NCBI GenBank assembly: GCA_963698595.1
Contig: CAVORL010000006.1
Coordinates: 968,900-1,032,899, forward strand
DNA length: 64,000 nucleotides
From: an uncultured Chloroflexia bacterium
GTDB taxonomy: Bacteria; Chloroflexota; Limnocylindria; Limnocylindrales; CSP1-4
Direction of reading: 5' to 3'
Shown here: piece by piece, positions 37,919 through 45,954 of the stretch
Position numbering within the stretch: position 1 is the first letter of the stretch
How the letters are laid out: each line of letters begins with the position of its first letter
Position numbers and translations under genes: made by a program
Notes under the pieces: generated by a model
The model's database searches: none
The model's input: only the letters and a program-made list of their open reading frames with translations
What the model was told of the DNA's origin: nothing

Positions 37919-38260
37919 TCAGGAGCGGGCGGCGGCCGTCCGGCGGGCGCGGGGTGTTGGCACGCGCACACCCATGCGCCCAAGGGCCTCGGTGGCGTGG
38001 CGCTTCGTGTCGTCGTGCGAGCTGGCGACGAGGACCTTGAGAGCTGCCACGACCGACGGGCGGGCCTCCTCGTCCCTGTTCGCCAGGACCTCGAGCCAGG
38101 CCGTCACCGAAGGTCCCAGCTCGGGCTCTACCGCGACGAGGTCGGAGAGGGGGGCAACGGCGTCGGGCCCGTGGGCCAGGATCGGCTCCCGGAGATCGAT
38201 CCGCTTGGACGGGGCGCACTTCGCAAGCTCCCCGAGCAGCGTCTTGAGCAATTTCGCCAT
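37919..38260 (-). CDS. hypothetical helical protein (113 aa)
   Basis: ATG 38260 is preceded by AGGAGG. It is the last gene of the csp operon-like trio. I recognise no motif. Confidence 0.5.
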   Translation of the reverse strand: MAKLLKTLLGELAKCAPSKRIDLREPILAHGPDAVAPLSDLVAVEPELGPSVTAWLEVLANRDEEARPSVVAALKVLVASSHDDTKRHATEALGRMGVRVPTPRARRTAAARS

Positions 38261-38274
38261 GGCCACCTCCTGGG

Positions 38275-38532
38275 TCACGCCCCGGGCTTGTCTGATCCCG
38301 TGTCGGGTCCCCGCGGCGCGACGGTCCGAGGCTGTGACCGGATCCCGAAGCGGAACGCGTAACTCTCCCACTCCGGATCGGCGGCGGTCCAGGACCGCGC
38401 GACGGAGCCGTCTTGAGCGAGCAGGTCGATGGAGCCGTCCTGGTTCAGGACGAGGGCGGTCCCGTCAGCCTGGCCGAACTCCCGGCGCCGGCGACGGGAT
38501 GCCCGGGCCTTTGAGCCCGCGCCGTGTGCCAT
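38275..38532 (-). CDS. small hypothetical protein (85 aa)
   Basis: ATG 38532 lies within the frame of ORF 38275..38769. It has GC-rich third positions and fills the gap between csp and the next gene. This is a weak call. Confidence 0.35.
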   Translation of the reverse strand: MAHGAGSKARASRRRRREFGQADGTALVLNQDGSIDLLAQDGSVARSWTAADPEWESYAFRFGIRSQPRTVAPRGPDTGSDKPGA

Positions 38533-38602
38533 GTCGTCCTCGTGCCCCGAAGGGCGGAGTCGAGGTCGCCCGCGACGCGGACGACCTCGCACTTGCATGC
38601 CT

Positions 38603-38806
38603 TCAGGCAGCGCGCACCCGGACGGCGCGCGGCCCCTTCGGGCTCTGCTCGACCTCGAACTCGACGCGCTCGCCTCCGACCAGACGGTCGAAGTCGAGGC
38701 TGGCGTCGAGGCCGCCTCGATGGAAGAAATACTCCTTCGTGTCCTCGGCGGTGATGAAGCCGAAGCCACGGTCGGAGATGACCTTCTTGACGGTGCCGGT
38801 GGCCAC
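38603..38806 (-). CDS. cspA: cold-shock protein (CspA family)
   Basis: 67 aa: MATGTVKKVISDRGFGFITAEDTKEYFFH contains the RNP1 (GFGFI) and RNP2-like motifs. Confidence 0.93.
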   Translation of the reverse strand: MATGTVKKVISDRGFGFITAEDTKEYFFHRGGLDASLDFDRLVGGERVEFEVEQSPKGPRAVRVRAA

Positions 38807-38930
38807 GTGGGACCTCCAATCCTTCCCGAACTGGGAAAGCCGAACGCACGGTCTGTTCGAGAAGGGAGTCGACCACGCGGAGCGCCGCGAACTGCGACAC
38901 CGTCAACCCTAACACACGGCCGGGGTTACC

Positions 38931-39974
38931 TCAGGCAGGCTGACCTTCGGCCGGCCGGAGGGCAGCCCGCACGGCGGGGGCGACCTCGCCCCCGAACAGC
39001 TCGATCGAGCGCAGGACCTGCACGTGGGGCATCCCGCCCCCGATCACCTGGAGCAGGAAGCGCTCGTGACCGAAGATCTCGTGCTGGAAGAGGATCTTCT
39101 CGACCACCTCCTGCGGGCTCCCCACGAAGTTGGCGCCGCGGATCGTCCGGGAAGCGTCGAACGCCTCGCGGTCGAGGGGGGCGAAGCCGCGCTCGCGGGC
39201 GATCCGGTTCATGAGCACGGCCAGAGGGGGGAACGCCTCGTCGGCGGCCTGCTGCGATGTGGCGGCCACGTAGCCGTGCGAGGCGATCGCCAGGGGCAGC
39301 CCGGCGTGGCCGGCGTCCGCAGCCGCCTGGCGGAAGAGACCCGCGAACGGGCCGAACCGCTCGGGCATGCCCCCGATGATCGCGAGCGCCATCGGGAGGC
39401 CCAGCCTGCCGGCGCGGACCGCGGACTCGGGCGTGCCGCCCACGGCGATCCAGACCGGAAGCGGGTCCTGGGCCGGGCGCGGGTAGACGCCGCGGTCGGC
39501 AATGGCGGCCCGGTGGCCGCCCGGCCAGGTCACCTGCTCCGCCGCCCGGATCTGCAGGAGGAGCTCCAGCTTCTCCTCGAAGAGCGCGTCGTAGTCCCTC
39601 AGGTCGTAGCCGAACAGCGGGAACGACTCGGTGAACGAACCCCGGCCGGCCATGATCTCGGCTCGCCCGCCCGACAGGAGGTCGAGCGTCGCGAACTCCT
39701 GGAAGACGCGGACCGGGTCGGCAGAGCTGATCACGCTCACGGCGCTGGTGAGGCGGATCCGCGTCGTGCGCTCGGCACCGGCCGCGAGAACCACGGCGGG
39801 TGCGGAGACGGCGAAGTCGGGCCGGTGGTGCTCTCCCAACCCGAACACGTCGAGCCCGACCTGGTCGGCTAGCGAGATCTCCTCGAGGAGCTCCCGCAGG
39901 CGCTGGCCCGGGCTCGTCCGGCCGGTGGCAGGGTCCGGCGCCAGCTCCCCGAACGTGTAGAGGCCGATTTCCAT
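38931..39974 (-). CDS. LLM-class (luciferase-like) flavin-dependent oxidoreductase
   Basis: From ATG 39974 ([11 protein letters not shown]). It has the blocks [15 protein letters not shown] and [11 protein letters not shown] of the luciferase-like monooxygenase family. Confidence 0.8.
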   Translation of the reverse strand: MEIGLYTFGELAPDPATGRTSPGQRLRELLEEISLADQVGLDVFGLGEHHRPDFAVSAPAVVLAAGAERTTRIRLTSAVSVISSADPVRVFQEFATLDLLSGGRAEIMAGRGSFTESFPLFGYDLRDYDALFEEKLELLLQIRAAEQVTWPGGHRAAIADRGVYPRPAQDPLPVWIAVGGTPESAVRAGRLGLPMALAIIGGMPERFGPFAGLFRQAAADAGHAGLPLAIASHGYVAATSQQAADEAFPPLAVLMNRIARERGFAPLDREAFDASRTIRGANFVGSPQEVVEKILFQHEIFGHERFLLQVIGGGMPHVQVLRSIELFGGEVAPAVRAALRPAEGQPA

Positions 39975-40269
39975 ACACCCGGAGTATGCCCCTGGACCGC
40001 GAGAAACGGCTCCACCCACCTCCGGGCCGCAGCGCCCCCGGCGAAATGGCCCCCGAGCAGGGGCCGAACGGCCCTGCGGGGCGCGTACCGCATCGGGCAT
40101 CCTATTGCTGCGCGTACCGGTCGATCCCCCCTCCCCGGTGCGCCATCATGCAGCGCCCTCGGCCTCTCCCCCCACCCTTGGCCGGGGGCGCTGCGATTCT
40201 CCGGCCCCGTGAGCGCCGGAACCCAGGGCTCGTGCGACCGGAAGCCGCTGGCACCGCGATCTGCCGGCC

Positions 40270-41499
40270 TCAGCGTCGCTCGCGGAGAACCTCGACCAGG
40301 TGCGCAGCGGCCGCCACCGCCGCGCGGAAGCGACCGTGCGGTCCGTGCTGGAAGAGGCGCAGGTCCAGAACGCGGAACCAACCCCCGTCGGCGGCCGCGG
40401 CCGCCGCCCGGAGCAGCGTCCGCGCACCGTCGGTCTCGGCCACGAGCGCGAGCCCGACCTCGGCCCCGGCCTCGCGCGCCACCGCCGCGGCCTCCTCTTC
40501 GACCGGCCACGCGGCGACACCGCGGTCCTCGAGCGGGCCCAGCGCGACGCTGCGCTGGAGGGCGGGCACGTCCGCGAGCAGCGCCCCGAGCGCGCCGCGC
40601 GTCCCCGCTTCGACGATCGCGAACCGGACACCCGCCCGCGCGGCCTCCTGGGTGACGAGGTCGGCCCAGCTCGTCTCGCCCTCGGCGAGGACGAACCCCT
40701 CGAGCAGATCGCGGACGGCCGCCGCGGTCGCCTCGAGCACCTCGGCCGCCTGCCGTGTCACCCGCCCCGCCGCGTCGTGCTCGTCCACCGCGGAGATGCG
40801 AACGTCGAGCCAGTCCGCCCGCGCGTAGGTCGCCACGACGGGATTCGCGGCGCGGAGCAGCGGCTCTCCCAGCAGCTCGGCCACGTGCGACTCGCCGATC
40901 CCGTACGTCCGCAGCGTCCGCACCAGCCGGCCGTCCCCGAGGCCCCGCTCGCACAGCCGCGGCAGCACCCAGTCGGCCCACATCGGCCGGAGCTCGCGAG
41001 GTGGCCCCGGCAGGAGAACCGCGACCTTCCCGTCCGGGCGATCGACCCACCAGCCGGGCGCCGTTCCGTTCGGGTTCGGTATCGCCGTCGCCGACGGGAT
41101 CAGCCAGGCCTGCTTCAGGTTGACCTCCGGGAGCGCGATCCCCCGGCGGGCGAAGAGGTCCCGCAACCACGCCTCCTGCGCTGCATCCACCATCGGCACC
41201 TCCCCCACCGCCGCCGCCAGCGCCTCGCGCGTCAGGTCGTCGGGTGTGGGTCCCAGGCCGCCTGTCGCCACCACGAGGTCCACTGCGGCCAGGGCCTCCC
41301 CAATGGCGCTCGTGACGAGCGCCAGGTTGTCCGGGAGGGCGAGCACTCCGCGGACACCGACGCCGTGCAACGAGAGCGAGCGCGCAAGCTCCCCGCCGTT
41401 CGTCTCGCGGGTCTCGCCGTTCGTGAGCTCGCTCCCGACCGCCAGGAGCTCGGCGGTGCCGAGGACGCGGGACTGCAGAGGCTGAGGCTCGCTGGACAT
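40270..41499 (-). CDS. cinA: CinA family protein (MoCF-type domain + NMN deamidase-like C-terminal domain)
   Basis: From ATG 41499. It has AELLAVGSELTNGETRETNG, VVATGGLGPTPDDLTREA and NPNGTAPG. Confidence 0.85.
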   Translation of the reverse strand: MSSEPQPLQSRVLGTAELLAVGSELTNGETRETNGGELARSLSLHGVGVRGVLALPDNLALVTSAIGEALAAVDLVVATGGLGPTPDDLTREALAAAVGEVPMVDAAQEAWLRDLFARRGIALPEVNLKQAWLIPSATAIPNPNGTAPGWWVDRPDGKVAVLLPGPPRELRPMWADWVLPRLCERGLGDGRLVRTLRTYGIGESHVAELLGEPLLRAANPVVATYARADWLDVRISAVDEHDAAGRVTRQAAEVLEATAAAVRDLLEGFVLAEGETSWADLVTQEAARAGVRFAIVEAGTRGALGALLADVPALQRSVALGPLEDRGVAAWPVEEEAAAVAREAGAEVGLALVAETDGARTLLRAAAAAADGGWFRVLDLRLFQHGPHGRFRAAVAAAAHLVEVLRERR

Positions 41500-41614
41500 G
41501 GTCAGCGGAGCGTACGTCCTCCGCTGGTCGGCGGTGGGCGGCGCGCCCCGAGGCTTCCTCCACGGGCGTGGGAGCAGCCACTGCGGGCGCTGGGCACCTG
41601 CGAGAGCCCCGCCG

Positions 41615-41657
41615 TTGACCGAGCGCCGCGCGAGGCGTATTCTCGATAATCGATCAT
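41615..41657 (+). promoter_or_regulatory. sigma70-like promoter TTGACC-17-TATTCT abutting an AT-rich operator (ATAATCGATCAT)
   Basis: -35 at 41615-41620 and -10 at 41638-41643. The operator 12-mer at 41646-41657 matches the palindrome ATAATCGATTAT at 11/12 and lies 76 bp upstream of the SDR gene. Confidence 0.6.
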
Positions 41658-41732
41658 CCCCACTCACGGGCACGTCGGGGGAGCATATCCAGCAGGGCCA
41701 CGACGGGATGCGGATCCCGGGAGGGAGCACGA

Positions 41733-42518
41733 ATGAACCAGCCTGATCTCTTCCGCCTCGACGGCCGGGTGGCCCTCGTCCCCGGCGGCGGAGGGGCCAT
41801 CGGCTCCGCAGTCGCGGCGGCCCTTGCCCAAGCGGGCGCCCGGGTCACCGTGGTCGACGTGACCGACGAGCGCGCCGAGGCCGCGGCAGCGACGATCCGG
41901 GATGCTGCTCCGGAGGTCCTGGCCCTCGGGGCGGATGCCACGAGCGAGGCCGATTGCGAGAGGATCGTCGCGGCCACCGTCGAGAGGTTCGGCCGGCTCG
42001 ACATTGTCGTCAACTGCGTCGGCGGGGGCGCGGGCAAGGTCCTCTTCGACGCCGAGGAGTACCCGCGAGACGCCTGGGACTGGATCTACGAGCTCAATGT
42101 CCGGAGCACACTCCTCGCCACGCAGGCCGCGGTCAAGGCGATGAAGGCCGGTGGGCACGGTGGGCGCGTGGTCAACATCTCGTCCGTCCGCGCGGCGCTT
42201 GGCATCAACGCTGGCTACTCGGCGTACGTGGCTGCGAAGGGCGCGATCAGCTCCCTCACCCGCCAGTGGGCCACTGAGTGGGCGAAGCACGGCATCACGG
42301 TCAACGCGATCGCCCCGACCTTCGTGGACACCCCGCAGGTGGCGATGCTCCTCGGCGACCCCGCCTTCAAAGCCGGCCTCGTCAGCCGCATCCCGCTCGG
42401 CCGCGTCGGCGGGACATCGGACCTCACCGGGGCCGTCATCTTCTTCTGCTCCGACGCCTCGTCGTTCGTCACTGGCCAGATCCTCGGGATCGACGGCGGC
42501 CTGACGGCGACGCAGTAG
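41733..42518 (+). CDS. short-chain dehydrogenase/reductase (SDR)
   Basis: Glycine-rich ALVPGGGGAIGSA, NCVG, and the catalytic YSAYVAAKGA (YxxxK). Confidence 0.88.
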   Translation: MNQPDLFRLDGRVALVPGGGGAIGSAVAAALAQAGARVTVVDVTDERAEAAAATIRDAAPEVLALGADATSEADCERIVAATVERFGRLDIVVNCVGGGAGKVLFDAEEYPRDAWDWIYELNVRSTLLATQAAVKAMKAGGHGGRVVNISSVRAALGINAGYSAYVAAKGAISSLTRQWATEWAKHGITVNAIAPTFVDTPQVAMLLGDPAFKAGLVSRIPLGRVGGTSDLTGAVIFFCSDASSFVTGQILGIDGGLTATQ

Positions 42519-42533
42519 AAAGGAACGTTCGCC

Positions 42534-43469
42534 TTGACCACCGAAGCCCTCTCCTCGCAGGCCGGGTCCATCGTGATGGAGCGCGTGACCGCCAACGTCT
42601 TCACGAACACCAAGCTCCGCGGCTGCAACCCGAGCTTCGTCACCACGTCGGACGGCGTCGTCGTCATCGACACCCCGCAGCTTCCGACGAAGGCGGTGGC
42701 GATGCGCCGCGAGGCCGAGTCCCACGGCCCGATCCGGTACCTCGTCAACACCGAGCACCACGTCGACCACATCTTCGGCAACTACTTCTTCAAGGGCGCG
42801 GGGACGGTCGTCAATCACCAGGGCGTGGACGAGCGCTTCATGGTGGTCTACCCGGAGCTCGACCCGTACGCCTATGCCTACGAATCGGTCCCGGGAGACA
42901 ACCCGAAGGGAACCGACCTCGACGAACCCGAAGGGGTCGCGCTCTGGCCCGACCGCGACGTCTACTACGCCGATCCGAACAAGGCCACGATCGTGTTCAC
43001 CGGTGACCTGACCCTCCGCGTCGGCGACCACACGTTCAACCTCCTGCACACGCCCGGCCACACGCCCGGCCAGCTCACCGTGCACGTCCCGGAGGAAGGT
43101 GTCGTCTTCACCGGCGACACGATCTTCTCCGGCTGCCAGACGTGGCTGATGACCTCGAACGTGGAGCAGTGGCTGGCCGCCATCGAGCGCATCCGTGGCC
43201 TCGAGTTCGACCGGATCGTCCCGGGCCACGGGCCGGTGGTCCCCAAGTCGTACCTCGACGTCCAGCGCTCGCACCTCATGGAGTGGAAGTCGGCAATCGC
43301 GGCGGCGGTCGCGAATGGCTGGACCCGAGACGAGACGGTCGCCCGGGTGAGCTTCAAGGACCGCTTCGGGCCGGTCGACGTCGGCCAGGGCTACATGCTG
43401 GAGTACATCCAGAACCTCAACGCCGCGACCCTGTACGACAAGCTCACCGGAGCCATCCCGGGAGCCTGA
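42534..43469 (+). CDS. MBL-fold metallo-hydrolase
   Basis: HxHxDH motif NTEHHVDHIFG, plus TPGHTPGQ and VPGHGP. Confidence 0.85.
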   Translation: MTTEALSSQAGSIVMERVTANVFTNTKLRGCNPSFVTTSDGVVVIDTPQLPTKAVAMRREAESHGPIRYLVNTEHHVDHIFGNYFFKGAGTVVNHQGVDERFMVVYPELDPYAYAYESVPGDNPKGTDLDEPEGVALWPDRDVYYADPNKATIVFTGDLTLRVGDHTFNLLHTPGHTPGQLTVHVPEEGVVFTGDTIFSGCQTWLMTSNVEQWLAAIERIRGLEFDRIVPGHGPVVPKSYLDVQRSHLMEWKSAIAAAVANGWTRDETVARVSFKDRFGPVDVGQGYMLEYIQNLNAATLYDKLTGAIPGA

Positions 43470-43551
43470 GTTACGAGGGGCGCCCTACGCGGCCGCCCTG
43501 CCGCAGCGGACGCCCCCCCGACCGCCGTTCCCCCGCCTGGGAGGCCACACG

Positions 43552-44607
43552 ATGCCCGAGACCATGCAGGCGCTTGTCGTCCTGGAGCCCGGTCGTCTCG
43601 AGATCCGCGAGGTGCCGGTCCCCCACCCCGGCCCCAACGAGGTCCTGGCGCGGGTGCGCGCCGTGTCGATCTGCGGCACGGACGCGCACCTGATCCGTGG
43701 CGACTACCCGGGATTCTGGCCCCCCGCGTTCCCGTTCATCCCGGGCCACGAGTGGGCCGGCGAGATCGCGGCGTTGGGCCCCGGCGCCGAGCTGTACGGG
43801 TGGAGGTTGGGCGACCGCGTCGCCGGCACCTCCCACGACGCGTGCGGCGTCTGCCGGGAGTGCGTGGAGGGCCGCTACAACCTCTGCGAGAACTACGGGA
43901 GGGAAGGTCTCCACCGCCAGTACGGGCACAACGTCCAGGGTGCTGACGCCACGTTCGTGGTGCAGGGCGTCAAGACGATCTTCCCCCTGCCGGACGCTCT
44001 CTCCTTCGAGGATGGCGCCCTCATCGATCCCGCCTCAATCGCCCTCCACGTCGCGAATCGTGGCAACGTCACCCCGGGCGACACCGTGGCGATCACGGGC
44101 GCAGGGGCGATCGGGCTCCTGGCCGGCGACGCGGCGCGCATCCGCGGAGCGGGCCGGGTCATCGTCGTCGGCCGCGGCTCGCGCCTGGCGAAGGCCGCGG
44201 CGCTCGGCTTCGAGACCGTCAACACGGCGGCCGGCGACCCCGTGGGGTCCGTCCGGCGCATGACCGGAGGCCTCGGGGCCGACGTCGTCCTCGAGTGCGC
44301 CGGCGTGCCCGAGATGGTGGAGCGGGCGCTCGAGATGCTGCACCGGGGCGGCCGCTGCGCCGCCGTCGGCATTCCCACGGTCGGGGTGGAGATCGCGATG
44401 CAGCGTCTCGTCCTCGATGAGCTGGAGCTGGTGGGCTCGCGCGCATCGGCCGGCGAGATGCGGCGGGTCATGCCCCACGTCGAAGCGGGTCGGATGCGGG
44501 TCAGGGAGATGGTCACCCATCGCTTCGCGCTGGCCGACTATGCGGAGGCGCTGGCCACCTTCAGCGACCGGTCCAGCGGGGCGGTCAAGATCATCGTGGC
44601 GCCCTGA
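43552..44607 (+). CDS. zinc-dependent medium-chain alcohol/polyol dehydrogenase (paralog A)
   Basis: SICGTDAH, GHEWAGEI, the structural-zinc cluster CGVCRECVEGRYNLC and ITGAGAIGL. About 80% identical by eye to the gene at 48243..49289. Confidence 0.9.
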   Translation: MPETMQALVVLEPGRLEIREVPVPHPGPNEVLARVRAVSICGTDAHLIRGDYPGFWPPAFPFIPGHEWAGEIAALGPGAELYGWRLGDRVAGTSHDACGVCRECVEGRYNLCENYGREGLHRQYGHNVQGADATFVVQGVKTIFPLPDALSFEDGALIDPASIALHVANRGNVTPGDTVAITGAGAIGLLAGDAARIRGAGRVIVVGRGSRLAKAAALGFETVNTAAGDPVGSVRRMTGGLGADVVLECAGVPEMVERALEMLHRGGRCAAVGIPTVGVEIAMQRLVLDELELVGSRASAGEMRRVMPHVEAGRMRVREMVTHRFALADYAEALATFSDRSSGAVKIIVAP

Positions 44608-44622
44608 GTCGCGAGGATCAGC

Positions 44623-45135
44623 ATGTCGCTCGAAGCCAGTTCCCGACCCGGGAGTCAGATCGTCTATCGATCGCGCGTTGATGTCGTGCCCGGCCTGGAG
44701 AAGTCCAAGCTCGTCTACCTGCCGGCCGAGCAGGACCCGGTCCTGATGGGGTTTCATGGCGACCTCGCGCCCCGCTTCGGGCTGGTCGAAGGCGCGTACA
44801 CGCCCAGGGCCTCGACCCTCGACTACATCGTTGGCGCCACCGCCGGCTGCATGACGGGCGTCCTCGCGGCGGCGCTCACCGCCCGGAAGATCGCCGTCCG
44901 CGACGGTCGCCTGAAGGTCGAGGCCGTCGGCGACGTGGAGCTCGACGATGGCATCCTGGTCCTGCGGCGGATCCATCTCCTGGCCCATCTGCTCGCCGAT
45001 GAGTCGCACCGCGCGGCCGCCGAGCGCGTCGCCGCGACGTTCGAGCGCCAATGTCCCGTCTACCGGTCGCTCCACGCGGCGATCGAGATCACGTCGGAGC
45101 TGGACTTCCAGCCGATCCGCCCGCCGACGGACTGA
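44623..45135 (+). CDS. OsmC/Ohr-family protein
   Basis: 170 aa with the paired conserved Cys contexts (ATAGCMTG and ERQCPVY) typical of the OsmC fold. Confidence 0.7.
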   Translation: MSLEASSRPGSQIVYRSRVDVVPGLEKSKLVYLPAEQDPVLMGFHGDLAPRFGLVEGAYTPRASTLDYIVGATAGCMTGVLAAALTARKIAVRDGRLKVEAVGDVELDDGILVLRRIHLLAHLLADESHRAAAERVAATFERQCPVYRSLHAAIEITSELDFQPIRPPTD

Positions 45136-45149
45136 CGGCGCCCCACGCG

Positions 45150-45923
45150 TCAGGAGGGGTCCGCCGCCCCCAGGACATAACCGCCATCCACGTCGATCAC
45201 GGCGCCGGTCACGAAGCGCCCGCCGGGACCGCACAGCCAGGCGATCGCCTCGGCGACGTCGGCCGGCTCGCCGACCGTCGAGAGCGCCTGGCGACCGAAG
45301 GCGAGGCCCGTCGCGAACTTCGCGCGCTCCTCCGCCTCGGACAGGCCGCGCAGCTCCGACGGGATGATGCCCGGGCGAATGACGTTGACCCGGATCCCGT
45401 CGCGCCCGAGGTCCAGGGCGAGGGCCCGACTCATGGCCTCCACGGCGCCCTTGCTGGCCACGTAGCCGAAGCGGCCGCGCGGCGGCCGGGCAACCACGGT
45501 GGATCCCAGGTTGATCACGACCCCGCGGCTCCTCCGGAGCTCCACGAGCGCGGCCCGCGTGCAGCGAAAGACGCTCACGACGTTGGCCCGGAGCATCCCC
45601 TCGAAGTCCTCGTCCTCGAGGGTGTCGAGGGGGCCCTGGACCTCGCTTCCAGCGTTGTTCACGAGGGCGTCGAGACCCCCGAATGCCGACACGGCCGCGA
45701 GGATCATGGCCCGGGCGTCGGCCTCGAGGGTGACGTCGGCACGCTGGATGACGACCCGGCCGGGGGCACCGGCAAGGTCGTCCGCGAGGCGTTCCAGCCG
45801 GTCTTGCCGTCGCGCGACCGCCAGCACGCTGGCGCCACGCTCCACGAGGTGACGCACGGCGTGTGCCCCCAGGCCGCTCGACGCGCCGGTGATGATGATC
45901 CGGCAGCCCTCCAGCGAGGTCAC
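45150..45923 (-). CDS. short-chain dehydrogenase/reductase (SDR)
   Basis: ITGASSGLGA, NNAG and YVASKGA (YxxxK). Confidence 0.88.
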   Translation of the reverse strand: MTSLEGCRIIITGASSGLGAHAVRHLVERGASVLAVARRQDRLERLADDLAGAPGRVVIQRADVTLEADARAMILAAVSAFGGLDALVNNAGSEVQGPLDTLEDEDFEGMLRANVVSVFRCTRAALVELRRSRGVVINLGSTVVARPPRGRFGYVASKGAVEAMSRALALDLGRDGIRVNVIRPGIIPSELRGLSEAEERAKFATGLAFGRQALSTVGEPADVAEAIAWLCGPGGRFVTGAVIDVDGGYVLGAADPS

Positions 45924-45954
45924 CCGTCGCTCCCCCGCCCGTTGCCGGTCGTCA